NCBI GenBank assembly: GCA_964616545.1
Contig: CAZTUA010000027.1
Span: 3,163 to 67,162 of the forward strand
Reading direction: 5' to 3'
DNA from: an uncultured Actinomycetota bacterium
GTDB taxonomy: Bacteria > Actinomycetota > Humimicrobiia > Humimicrobiales > Humimicrobiaceae
Length of the DNA stretch: 64,000 bases
In this document: positions 25,111 to 34,674 of the stretch, piece after piece
Numbering within the stretch: the first letter of the stretch is position 1
Layout: every line of letters begins with the position of its first letter
The notes under the pieces: model-generated
What the model was told of the DNA's origin: nothing
The model's input: only the letters and a program-made list of their open reading frames with translations
Database searches by the model: none
Program-made: the position numbers and the translations under genes

Positions 25111-26833
25111 GGAAGAAGTAATAAAAATCTTAAAAGAAATAAGCGTGCTCCTTGAGCTAAAAGATGAAAATCCTTTTAAAATCAGGGCCTATCAGAATGC
25201 AGCACGGGCCCTGGAATCATCAGACCTGGATTTTACCGGAGATTTAAAAGCAGAGGATTTTATAAAAATAAAAGGAGTGGGCAGCCACATTGCAGAGAGA
25301 ATACTGGAACTGCTGGATACCGGAAAACTCAAGATTTATGAGGAGCTAAAGGAATCCATTCCTCACGGTCTTGTGGAGATGATTTCGGTCCCCACCCTTG
25401 GTCCCAAAAAGATAAAATATCTCTATGACAACCTGGGCATAAGCAATATCGGCCAGCTTGAATATGCCTGCATGGAGAACAGACTTGTTGACCTTCCAAA
25501 CTTCGGTGAAAAAACACAGGAAAACATCTTAAAAGGAATTGAAGTTTTAAAGAAATACCAGGGCAAATATCTCTATGCAAACATTATTGTTGAGGCAGAG
25601 GCGATTCATAAAAAAATTAAGAATTTTAAGCATATTAAAAGGTCAAGTCTCGCTGGAAGCGTCCGCAGGAAGAAGGAGGTGGTAAAAGATATAGATATTG
25701 TTGCAAGCAGCGGCCGGCCGGAAAAGGTCATGGATTTCTTTACCGGACTTGATGAAGCTGAAGATATAATAGCCCGCGGAGATACGAAATCCAGTATAAG
25801 ATTAAAATCCGGGATTAATGTAGATATAAGGATTGTTAAAGATTACCAGTACCCCTATGCCCTTCATCACTTTACCGGAAGCAAAGAACACAATACAGCC
25901 ATGAGGACTGCAGCCAAAAAAGACGGCATAAAGATGAATGAATACGGCCTTTTTAAAAATGACAGACTCATAAAATGTTCCGGTGAAAAGGACATCTTTA
26001 ATTATTTTTCAATGGACTGGATTCCTCCGGAACTCAGGGAGAATTATGGGGAAATTGAAGCAGCAAGAAGCGGAAAACTTCCAGAATTAATTGAAGAAAA
26101 AGACATAAAAGGAATATTCCACATTCACACCACATACAGCGACGGGAATATGAGTATAGAACAGGCCTGCAGTTACCTTAAAAAAGAGGGATTTCAGTAC
26201 GCAGGAATAAGCGAGCACAGTAAATCTGCCGCTTATGCCGGCGGCCTAAAAGATAAGGATATTGATAAATACATGGAAGAAATAGACAGTTTTAATAAAA
26301 AACATTCCGGCTTTAAAATCTTTAAAGGGATCGAATCCGATATTCTTATGGACGGAAGCCTTGATTACAGCGCAGATATGCTCGAAAAATTTGATTTTAT
26401 CATTGCTGCGGTCCATTCAGGCTTTAACCTTAGCGAAGAGCAGATGACTGGTAGAATTATAAAAGCAATAGAGAATAAGTTCACCACAATGATTGCCCAT
26501 CCTACAGGGAGGCTGCTTCTGGCCAGGGATCCGTACAGGGTTGATACCATAAGAATAATAAACGCAGCTGCCGAAAACGATGTGGATATAGAGCTGAATG
26601 CGAGTCCTTTCAGGCTTGATCTTGACTGGAGGATGTGTAAATATGCAAAGGAAAGAGGGGTAAAGATTTTTATAAATCCCGATGCCCACAGTCTAAAAAA
26701 TTTAGATGACTATAAATTCGGTGTAAATATTGCCCGCAAGGGCTGGCTGGAAAAGAAGGATGTGCCAAATACCCTTTCCTCTGTTCAGCTCAGCAATTAC
26801 TTGAAAAAGAAGAAAACAAAAAAAGAAAAATAA
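25103..26833 (+). CDS. polX: Family X DNA polymerase with PHP domain (PolX paralogue 2)
   Basis: I prefer the ATG at 25103 (AAGGAGG 13 nt upstream). It overlaps the DUF763 stop by 8 nt (ATGGATAA). Motifs: GSVRRKKEVVKDIDIV, VDIRIV, and PHP HIHTTYSDG, ISEHS, GIESDI, AAVHS, IAHPTG, NPDAH. Confidence 0.88.
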   Translation: MDKEEVIKILKEISVLLELKDENPFKIRAYQNAARALESSDLDFTGDLKAEDFIKIKGVGSHIAERILELLDTGKLKIYEELKESIPHGLVEMISVPTLGPKKIKYLYDNLGISNIGQLEYACMENRLVDLPNFGEKTQENILKGIEVLKKYQGKYLYANIIVEAEAIHKKIKNFKHIKRSSLAGSVRRKKEVVKDIDIVASSGRPEKVMDFFTGLDEAEDIIARGDTKSSIRLKSGINVDIRIVKDYQYPYALHHFTGSKEHNTAMRTAAKKDGIKMNEYGLFKNDRLIKCSGEKDIFNYFSMDWIPPELRENYGEIEAARSGKLPELIEEKDIKGIFHIHTTYSDGNMSIEQACSYLKKEGFQYAGISEHSKSAAYAGGLKDKDIDKYMEEIDSFNKKHSGFKIFKGIESDILMDGSLDYSADMLEKFDFIIAAVHSGFNLSEEQMTGRIIKAIENKFTTMIAHPTGRLLLARDPYRVDTIRIINAAAENDVDIELNASPFRLDLDWRMCKYAKERGVKIFINPDAHSLKNLDDYKFGVNIARKGWLEKKDVPNTLSSVQLSNYLKKKKTKKEK

Positions 26834-26862
26834 AAAATATTAATTGCCATTAGAATCTGTCT

Positions 26863-27561
26863 ATGAAGAGCAGCAGGAAAAAGAATATAAATAAGGAAAA
26901 TTCAGTATATACATCTGCGTACAGGCCGGCAGTGGAAAATATAGATAAAATACTTGATATTCTGAACCGGGAGTATCCGGAGGCTGTTTCTACTTCACTC
27001 CGGCACAGAGATGCTTTTCAGCTGCTGGTTTCCACGATACTTTCTGCCCAGAGCACAGATAAGCTGGTAAATAAAGTAACACCCGGGCTCTTTAAAAAAT
27101 ATAAAGGCCCGCGGAACTTTGCTTCAGCAAATATAGCCCGGCTCCAGGAGGATATAAAATCAACGGGTTTTTACAGAAATAAAGCAAAAAGCATAATTAA
27201 CTGCTCAAAGGACATTGTCACCAGGTTTAACGGCAGAATACCCGATAATATAGAAGATCTAACATCGCTTCACGGCGTGGGCAGAAAAACTGCCAACGTT
27301 GTCCTGGCAAATATATTTGGAAAGCAGGCCATAATAGTGGATACCCACGTAAAGAGAATCTCAATTAGGCTCGGGCTAACCATAAATTCTGACCCTGTAA
27401 AAATTGAATTTGACCTTATGAAGATAATCCCGCAGGATGACTGGAGCAGTTATTCCCACAGGATAATCGAACACGGAAGAGCCATTTGCCTTGCAAGAAG
27501 CCCTAAATGTAATATATGCAGACTTTTAAAATACTGCCGGTTTGGCCAGGAGAATGCTTAG
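26863..27561 (+). CDS. nth: Endonuclease III
   Basis: HhH-GPD motif LHGVGRKTANVVL and a C-terminal Cx6Cx2Cx5C cluster, CLARSPKCNICRLLKYC. Confidence 0.9.
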   Translation: MKSSRKKNINKENSVYTSAYRPAVENIDKILDILNREYPEAVSTSLRHRDAFQLLVSTILSAQSTDKLVNKVTPGLFKKYKGPRNFASANIARLQEDIKSTGFYRNKAKSIINCSKDIVTRFNGRIPDNIEDLTSLHGVGRKTANVVLANIFGKQAIIVDTHVKRISIRLGLTINSDPVKIEFDLMKIIPQDDWSSYSHRIIEHGRAICLARSPKCNICRLLKYCRFGQENA

Positions 27562-27597
27562 CCGGTGCGCTCAGAGTTATCCTGTTTTTTTTAGATT

Positions 27598-28017
27598 CTA
27601 AATTTCCCTGCCGAGAGTTGATTTTGCAAGCAGAGCGTGTTTCACACCCTTTATTACCTTTAGTTTGGTCTCAAGCTCGAACAAATCGGTAATTTTACCC
27701 CTTACCACAATCACTTCCAGGCAGGTGCTGTGGTCAAGGTGTACATGCTGGCTGGATATTATAACCTTATGGTAGTCATGCTGGATATTTATAATATTGT
27801 CGACAAGTTCTCTGCGGTGATGGTCGTATATAATAATTATGGCTCCCGCAACCTCTCCGCCTGATTTTTCAGACCACTGGCTCTCTACAAGTTCTTTCCT
27901 TATCATGTCCCTCAAAGCCTCGGAACGGTTTGCATAACCTCTTTTTTCTATATAACTATCAAATTTATTCAATAAATTTTTTTCTATAGATACGCCAAAT
28001 CTTTTTAATTCATCCAT
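27598..28017 (-). CDS. nikR: Nickel-responsive regulator NikR
   Basis: Ribbon-helix-helix FGVSIEKNLLNKFDSYIEKRGYANRSEALRDMIRKEL plus a C-terminal metal-binding domain (IYDHHRREL...HVHLDHSTCLEV). Confidence 0.85.
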   Translation of the reverse strand: MDELKRFGVSIEKNLLNKFDSYIEKRGYANRSEALRDMIRKELVESQWSEKSGGEVAGAIIIIYDHHRRELVDNIINIQHDYHKVIISSQHVHLDHSTCLEVIVVRGKITDLFELETKLKVIKGVKHALLAKSTLGREI

Positions 28018-28082
28018 TTTTTTCCTTTTATCGTGGTTTAAAAAATTATATCAGAAATAATATAAATAACCTCTTGCCGGCC

Positions 28083-28844
28083 TCACTTTCTGCGTATTAA
28101 TGCATAAAGGCTTATATCTTTTTTTCTGTTAAATGCTCTTTTCCCTCCTGGTCCAAGAAATTCTATGCTCTTAAAGCCTGCATTTGTTGCCATTTTTATA
28201 AACAGAGCAGTTTTTAACGTGCATAAGCTGGAAGAATTTACGAAAAAATCCTCAATTTTATCCCTGCTGGCAACGGTAATTATAAAATCAACCCTGGTTT
28301 TAATCTTTCCGTATTCGAAATGTTTGATAAAAATATAATTCCTGCCATCTTTTTTAACCATTTTTGGGGGATAAAATCTGTTTTCTTCCATTACATTAGA
28401 ATTGAAATTTAAAAATTGAATAACTGCCAATCCATCTTCTGTAAGCTTATTTCTTATTTTCTTAAGAGCCTGTTTTACTTTCCTTCTATTGCCCAGAATA
28501 GGAAGAGTGTTGCCCAGAACCGTTATCAGGTCAAAGGGGCCGCCTGAAATTTTATCCATCCCCTCGAATTCTTCTTTTAGTAATATTACATCAGGTGATT
28601 TCACCACTTTTTCCCCTGCAAATTTTATTGCATCCTCTGAAGGGTCGATGGCTACAACTTTCTCTGCATACTCTGAAAAAAGCTGCGCATGATGCCCGGT
28701 TCCGCAGCCTATATCCAGCACTTTCCCGATATTATTTTTCCTGAATATATCCACAAAAAAGTCTCTTTCCTTATCCAGCCTTCTGTCCCAGTTCACCTGC
28801 AGATCATAAATTTCCGGGCTCAATTTAAAATTTTTCTTTTTCAT
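28083..28844 (-). CDS. Class I SAM-dependent methyltransferase
   Basis: Motif I VLDIGCGTGHHAQ and post-I VVAIDPSE. Confidence 0.8.
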   Translation of the reverse strand: MKKKNFKLSPEIYDLQVNWDRRLDKERDFFVDIFRKNNIGKVLDIGCGTGHHAQLFSEYAEKVVAIDPSEDAIKFAGEKVVKSPDVILLKEEFEGMDKISGGPFDLITVLGNTLPILGNRRKVKQALKKIRNKLTEDGLAVIQFLNFNSNVMEENRFYPPKMVKKDGRNYIFIKHFEYGKIKTRVDFIITVASRDKIEDFFVNSSSLCTLKTALFIKMATNAGFKSIEFLGPGGKRAFNRKKDISLYALIRRK

Positions 28845-29203
28845 TTAATATCACCGGGCAAGCAACAGTTTTTAAGTCCTTATAAGAATTATATTTTAGC
28901 ATTTTATGATATCACAAGCAGTAAAATTAACATATAATTAAGGCCCGTCTCCTTAAAAAGAAGCTTTCACAGCAATGTCACCCTGCCGAAAATCCGGCAA
29001 AATCATGTACGCCCTGCAGGTGTTTTAAAAAAACTTTAAATACGATGGTAAATGATAAAATTTTAAATTATATCTTAAACTAAAGAACATTATTGTATAT
29101 AATTGCATACAGGATAACATTTAGTCCGTCAGCCAATTTTCTTTCCGGCAGTAGCGCAGTTTTAAAAAACGCCCTGTATAATTTAGGTTAGTGTAAGTTA
29201 TAA

Positions 29204-30265
29204 ATGAAAATAGCAATTACTTCAGATGTACATCTAAAAACAAAAAAAGAATCGCCTGCAAGGTGGAATGCATTATCGGATATTACCGGTAAGATGCTTT
29301 CCGAAAATATTAAAATACTGATAATAGCAGGAGATTTATTCAATGAAGATAGCCAGAATTACCCGGAGTTTGATGAATTTTGCAAAAACCCGGAACATGC
29401 CGGCAGCGGTATAAAGTTTTATATAATCCCCGGAAACCACGACCCATCCATCAGGCAGCAACATTTTACTTCTGATAATATCACAGTCTTTGATAAGCCC
29501 GTAATTTTCTCTCCTGGCGAGCCGGCGGCCACTTTTTGTTTTATCCCCTATCAACCGGCCAGGTCCATGGGAGAGGTTCTGGCAGAACAGGGTAAAAGTC
29601 TCACAGGTACGTGGGTCCTGATAGGACACGGTGATTATACTGCCGGCCTCCGCAACCCGAACCCCTATGAACCGGGTATTTATATGCCCCTTTCCAGAAA
29701 TGATATCCAGTATTATAACCCTGCCAGGGTTATCCTCGGCCATATTCATAAAAGAATAAACTTCGGTAAAGTATATTATCCCGGCTCTCCATGCGGACTC
29801 GATATAAACGAAACCGGAAAAAGGAGTTTTTTGATTTTAAATACAGACACCCTGGAAATAACTGAAAAAGAAATAGATACAGATATTATATTCTTCAATG
29901 AAACTTTAATCTCACTGCCTGTTTCCGGTGAATTTGATTATATGGAAAAAAAGATAAAGGAAATGATAGATGGATGGAACACAGGCAAAAACGAAATCCC
30001 GAAGGTAAGAATACGCCTTAAAGTTAAAGGATACACATCTGATAAAGGCAAACTTCTTGAAATAATTAAAAAAACACTAAAAGATTTTACCTTTTACGAT
30101 AATGAAGAGCCGGATCTGGCCGGGGTATCGATATTCAATGACCCGGAGCGAATAACTATAGTGGAGAAGCTAAGGAATGAAATAGAAAAACTTGAGTGGG
30201 ATAATAAAACCACTTCAAAGGAAGATATTCTTGAAAAAGCTCTTCATGTAGTATTAAAAGAATAG
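29204..30265 (+). CDS. Calcineurin-like metallophosphoesterase, SbcD/Mre11/YhaO-like
   Basis: Ordered motifs: SDVHL, AGDLFN, PGNHD, IGHGD, LGHIH. Confidence 0.75.
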   Translation: MKIAITSDVHLKTKKESPARWNALSDITGKMLSENIKILIIAGDLFNEDSQNYPEFDEFCKNPEHAGSGIKFYIIPGNHDPSIRQQHFTSDNITVFDKPVIFSPGEPAATFCFIPYQPARSMGEVLAEQGKSLTGTWVLIGHGDYTAGLRNPNPYEPGIYMPLSRNDIQYYNPARVILGHIHKRINFGKVYYPGSPCGLDINETGKRSFLILNTDTLEITEKEIDTDIIFFNETLISLPVSGEFDYMEKKIKEMIDGWNTGKNEIPKVRIRLKVKGYTSDKGKLLEIIKKTLKDFTFYDNEEPDLAGVSIFNDPERITIVEKLRNEIEKLEWDNKTTSKEDILEKALHVVLKE

Positions 30266-30322
30266 TTCCATGAGCGCAATAAGTGAGACAGGAACAAAAG
30301 AAGATAGGGATACAGGAAATCA

Positions 30323-32455
30323 ATGGGAATTACAATAAGTAAAATATCAGTAAAAAACCTTGGCCCCATTAAAAACTTCTCGGCTGGCTTTGGTATTTTT
30401 AATCTTATATACAGCAAGAATGAAAGAGGAAAAACTTTTCTCACAGAGTTTATAATCCGCTGCCTTTTTAAAAACATAAGCCGCTGGAGCTATTTAAGAG
30501 AAGGCGGAAGAGGTAAGGTTACAATCACAGGACTGGAAAAACAACCCGTTGATTTTACCCTGCACTCCAGAGAAAAGATGGAAGATTACTGGGAAAGTTC
30601 CGAAAAAGGTCTCCCCTTTTCAATGCCAAAACTGCTTATTGCAAGAGGCGGCGAAGCGGGAATTGAGGACGGTGAAGGCGTAAGTAAATTTTTAATAAAG
30701 GAGGTGCTGTCGGGCATAAATATTCTGGATAAAATTGACAGTGACAGCAATATTTCAAAAACAGTAAAAAAAGCAGAAATAATTAATAACCAGCTTATTA
30801 TATCCAGAACTGGCGAAGGTAAAAATTACAACGATGCCAGGGAAGAGCTTAACAGCATTGAAAGGCAGTTTGATGAAATAGAAAATGAATATGCGCGCGG
30901 GTTAATTAAAACCTGTAAAATTGAAGAAAAAGCCCTTCAGGATAGACTCGCCCGTCTGGAAAGGGCAAAGAGACATCTTGCATATCTTATTTCGGAAAGA
31001 ATCAAAAAGTTAAATGAAAAACTCAATAATGTTCCGGAGGATGAACTGGCAAAAACGGAAAATGAACTTTCAATATTTAGAAGCAAACAGGATGCATACA
31101 GCCAGCTTGAAGAAGAGTATAAAACCGCACTTGAGAAAAGTAAAGACCACGACTGGCTGGAAAGCGCTCTTTCATATTATAAAGAACTGATTTCTAAAAC
31201 TGTTAAAGAACCAGGCAAATTACCGCTTGTCCTGTTCGGTATTTTTGCTGCCTCAGGGCTGGTAATGGCCGCACTGATTATTTTCCGGTATAAGAGTATT
31301 TCAACCTTCAGTATTGTACTTTATGCCGGAATTATATGTTTTTGTTTGCTTGCAGTTGTTGTATTTTCTCTTATAAATGTTAAAAAAATAACTGATTTTA
31401 CAAGACAGACCGGCAAGAATGAAGAGTTAGATAAAATTAAAAAGGAATTTAAAAAAAGAACAGGCATGGAACTTACAGATATATCACTTCTTGAATCAAC
31501 GCTGAACAGACAGAGAGAATCGACCAGCAGATCAGCGTTACTGGAGAACCAGATTTCTTCCCTTAATAAAGAGCTAAAAGAGCGGCACTTCCTTATTAAA
31601 AGAAAAACCGAAAGTTTTTACACCGGTAAGATAGATGAAGCGGACTGGGAAGAATTAATCAGGCAATTAAAACAGAATAATAAAAACATAAATAGCCAGA
31701 TTGATAGTGAGAAAGAAGAACTTTATAAACTTGATGTACCTGTAGAGGAATACATCTCAGAGGATACCGGAATTAAGTACAGCCAGGAGGAGTATGAAAA
31801 GGTTAAATCAGCTCTTGAAGATAAACGGAATGAAATCAAGAACACAGAAGATATGATTCAAAATTTAAAATACAGGATATGCGATAAAACAAAAGATGAC
31901 CCCGGTATTGAATGGGAGGAACTTATTGAAAATCTCCGCAGAAAAAGGCAGGAAGCACAGGATTTGCTAAAAGAAATTTCTGCCAGTATTATAGCCGGGC
32001 TCACTGTTCACAGGGTTGTCTCCGGGCTGCGTGAAGAAGAAGACCTGAAAATAAAAGAAGGCCTTCAGTCAGAGACAGTGATAAAACCCTTAAAAGACAT
32101 CACGCAGAGATACACCGGTCTTGACATTGATAACGGAAACCTCATTATTTCGGACCCGTATGATAATTTCAGCATAAGAGATTTGAGCACAGGTGCCAGG
32201 GAACAGGTAATGCTGGCACTGAGAATTGGGTTTACACGTAAATTATTGAAAAAAGATTCCCTCTTCCTGATTCTTGACGATGCATTCCAGCATTCAGACT
32301 GGGAAAAACGTGAAATTCTTATAGAGAAGCTTGCAGATATTGCTAAAAATGGCTGGCAGATAGTTTATATGACGATGGATGACCATATAAAAGGCCTGTT
32401 TGAAAGAACAGGTAAAAAGTTTAAGAAAGGCCGGTATAAAAGCTTTGAGCTGTAG
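30323..32455 (+). CDS. SbcC/Rad50/YhaN-like coiled-coil ATPase with a central two-helix membrane hairpin
   Basis: N-terminal P-loop IYSKNERGKTFL. Long heptad-rich arms. Central hydrophobic LPLVLFGIFAASGLVMAALIIF and FSIVLYAGIICFCLLAVVVFSLI. C-terminal signature LSTGAREQVMLALRIGF and Walker B LFLILDDAFQHSD. Confidence 0.7.
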   Translation: MGITISKISVKNLGPIKNFSAGFGIFNLIYSKNERGKTFLTEFIIRCLFKNISRWSYLREGGRGKVTITGLEKQPVDFTLHSREKMEDYWESSEKGLPFSMPKLLIARGGEAGIEDGEGVSKFLIKEVLSGINILDKIDSDSNISKTVKKAEIINNQLIISRTGEGKNYNDAREELNSIERQFDEIENEYARGLIKTCKIEEKALQDRLARLERAKRHLAYLISERIKKLNEKLNNVPEDELAKTENELSIFRSKQDAYSQLEEEYKTALEKSKDHDWLESALSYYKELISKTVKEPGKLPLVLFGIFAASGLVMAALIIFRYKSISTFSIVLYAGIICFCLLAVVVFSLINVKKITDFTRQTGKNEELDKIKKEFKKRTGMELTDISLLESTLNRQRESTSRSALLENQISSLNKELKERHFLIKRKTESFYTGKIDEADWEELIRQLKQNNKNINSQIDSEKEELYKLDVPVEEYISEDTGIKYSQEEYEKVKSALEDKRNEIKNTEDMIQNLKYRICDKTKDDPGIEWEELIENLRRKRQEAQDLLKEISASIIAGLTVHRVVSGLREEEDLKIKEGLQSETVIKPLKDITQRYTGLDIDNGNLIISDPYDNFSIRDLSTGAREQVMLALRIGFTRKLLKKDSLFLILDDAFQHSDWEKREILIEKLADIAKNGWQIVYMTMDDHIKGLFERTGKKFKKGRYKSFEL

Positions 32456-32477
32456 TACCGGTAGAGCTCCGGCCCTG

Positions 32478-33341
32478 TTAAGAAACAGTAATTTTTTCTT
32501 CCCGTGTTCCACTATCTTTTTTTACATTGGATAATTCAATAAGCCTGTTGTGGGGGCAGGCCTTAATGCACTCGCCGCAGAGAATACATTTTGTAAAATC
32601 GAATTCCGGAATAGCTTTTTCTTCGTTCCAGATAATAGCATCGTTCTCGCAGGCTTTGAAGCATTTCTTGCAATGCAGGCATCCCATGTCACATTTCTCT
32701 CTTCCGGGAATGTTTCTGAGCGGCTGATAGCTGCATAGATAAACTATATTTGAATCTGCCGGTACAAGCTTGATTATATTTCTGGGGCATACTTCTACGC
32801 AGATACCGCAGCCTGTACATTTATCCGGATCTATTACTGCCACATTCATCTCCTCATCAATAGATATGGCGTCATTTGGACAGACAGAAACACAATCTCC
32901 TAATCCAAGACAACCATAAGGGCACCTTTTATACCCTCCAATAAGGCCAGCTGCAGCCCTGCAGGTTTTAACACCTGTGTAGTCACCAATGACGCCGGAG
33001 TTACCATAACAATGAACCACCGCTTTCTTCTTAATTGCAGAAGGGTCTATTTCAATATCCAGCACTTTTCCTAGTTCCTCGAGCATTTCGGGCTCCTGCA
33101 GTATGGTTGCGCATGTATTCGTAAAGAAGGTATCTTTGTCTTTTGCAAGAGCCTGGGCATAAGCAAAACATCCCGGAAAACCGCAGGCGCCGCAATTCAT
33201 ACCCGGTAAATACTTTGAAATTTCTTCTGCTTTTTTAAGCATTTCAGGCTCTCTGGGAAGAAACCTGTTTACGAGAAAAATAAGAATCCCGCAAATGATT
33301 CCTATTGAGCTTAAAATTATAATAATCAAACCTGTGCTCAT
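32478..33341 (-). CDS. rnfB: Rnf complex subunit B (polyferredoxin)
   Basis: N-terminal TM helix, GMNCGACGFPGC, and several CxxCxxCxxxCP ferredoxin motifs. Confidence 0.88.
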   Translation of the reverse strand: MSTGLIIIILSSIGIICGILIFLVNRFLPREPEMLKKAEEISKYLPGMNCGACGFPGCFAYAQALAKDKDTFFTNTCATILQEPEMLEELGKVLDIEIDPSAIKKKAVVHCYGNSGVIGDYTGVKTCRAAAGLIGGYKRCPYGCLGLGDCVSVCPNDAISIDEEMNVAVIDPDKCTGCGICVEVCPRNIIKLVPADSNIVYLCSYQPLRNIPGREKCDMGCLHCKKCFKACENDAIIWNEEKAIPEFDFTKCILCGECIKACPHNRLIELSNVKKDSGTREEKITVS

Positions 33342-33394
33342 AATTAAATATCCTTTAAAACTTTAAAAAACCTCTTTTTTTATGAATGTATTTT

Positions 33395-33970
33395 CTATAC
33401 TATCCCGCTGAATCCAATAAATGCCAGAGCCAGAAGTGCTGCCGTTATAAAGGCTGCGGGAAGCCCCTTCATGGACACAGGCAGGTCGCTCTGGTCCAGT
33501 TTTTCCCTTATGCCCGACATCATAATCAGTACCAGGGTAAAGCCAACACCTGCCCCAAGGGCGCTAACGGTACTTTCTAGAATTGAATAGTTCTCTGAAG
33601 AATTTATTAGCGTTATACCCAGTACGGCACAGTTGGTCGTAATCAGGGGAAGGTAAATTCCCAGTGCGTTATACAGTATTATATTTGTCCTTTTTATAAC
33701 TAATTCTACCATCTGCACAAGTGACGCTATAACCAGTATATATATTACGATATTCATAAATTCCACTTCATATGGGACCAGAATATAATTGTAAATAACC
33801 GAAGTTGCAATAGAAGCAATGAGCATAACAAGTGTTACTGCAAGACCCATGCTGAATGCATTGGATAATTTCCTTGATACGCCAAAAAACGGGCACAGTC
33901 CAAGGAACTTGGTAAGAACCATATTATTTACAAGTACCATTGCCACAAATATTGTCAGCATGTTATTCAT
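33395..33970 (-). CDS. rnfA: Rnf complex subunit A
   Basis: 191-aa polytopic protein with VNNMVLTKFLGLCPF, in the rnf gene order. It overlaps rnfE by 8 nt. Confidence 0.88.
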   Translation of the reverse strand: MNNMLTIFVAMVLVNNMVLTKFLGLCPFFGVSRKLSNAFSMGLAVTLVMLIASIATSVIYNYILVPYEVEFMNIVIYILVIASLVQMVELVIKRTNIILYNALGIYLPLITTNCAVLGITLINSSENYSILESTVSALGAGVGFTLVLIMMSGIREKLDQSDLPVSMKGLPAAFITAALLALAFIGFSGIV

Positions 33971-34625
33971 TATCTATCACCCCTGCCCATTTAAATATTG
34001 CAAGAAGAACTCCTATAACCAGAAAAGCTCCGGGTGGAGAAACAAAGAATGCCAGTGGATGGGAAGACAGGCCTGGCAGCTTAAACAGCTGAATTTGGAA
34101 TATTTTCAGAGCTCCGGTTCCCAGAATTTCCCTTATAAATGAAATTATTATAAGAGCAACAGTAAAGCCCAGCCCTATGCCCAGTGCATCGGCAATGGAA
34201 GGAATTATTGGATTCTTGGAAGCAAATACTTCTGCTCTTCCAAGAATAATACAATTCACCACAATAAGGGGGAGATAAATCCCGAGAGATTCATAAAGCG
34301 GCGGTATATATGCCTCAAACACAAGACTTAAAATAGTAACAAATGTGGCTATCACGACTATAAAAACAGGGATTCTTACAAGAGGAGGTATTGCTTTCCT
34401 CAGAGCAGCTATTATAATATTTGCACACAGAAGCACGAATATAACTCCCGCACTCATTCCCAGTGCATTTGTAACAGTATTTGTGATTGCCAGGGTCGGG
34501 CATAATCCCAGAGTGAGTATGAACACCGGATTTGATATAATGATTCCCTTCACCAGCTCTTTCCAGAAACCTTTTTTACTCTCTTTTTTAAATGCACACC
34601 CGCTTTTTTTATTCTCGTTATTCAT
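33963..34625 (-). CDS. rnfE: Rnf complex subunit E
   Basis: NPVFILTLGLCPTLA and the polytopic RnfA/E paralogue pattern. Confidence 0.88.
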   Translation of the reverse strand: MNNENKKSGCAFKKESKKGFWKELVKGIIISNPVFILTLGLCPTLAITNTVTNALGMSAGVIFVLLCANIIIAALRKAIPPLVRIPVFIVVIATFVTILSLVFEAYIPPLYESLGIYLPLIVVNCIILGRAEVFASKNPIIPSIADALGIGLGFTVALIIISFIREILGTGALKIFQIQLFKLPGLSSHPLAFFVSPPGAFLVIGVLLAIFKWAGVIDNE

Positions 34626-34674
34626 TTTCTTTATCTATATCTTATTCCTTTTTTAGGGGATAATTACGCCGGTA

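Noticed and set aside
27562-27597. A convergent terminator between nth and nikR (T8 run at about 27583-27590).
   Set aside because: I could not find a convincing stem preceding the T-run on either strand, so I made no terminator call.
28845-28960. A NikR operator upstream of the methyltransferase-nikR operon.
   Set aside because: I found no GTATGA-N16-TCATAC-like or TATWATT-N11-AATWATA-like dyad. Only a short TGATATCA palindrome and an ATATCAC direct repeat are present, which is too weak to call.
29204-32455. Whether the phosphoesterase plus SMC-like ATPase pair is a known anti-phage system (Lamassu, Gabija, Wadjet or OLD-type).
   Set aside because: No LmuA-type effector, OLD/TOPRIM nuclease, UvrD-like helicase or JetABCD-like partners are present. 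The N-terminus and partner gene look like the housekeeping YhaO/YhaN (SbcCD-related) pair. I kept it as a finding only for its membrane hairpin.
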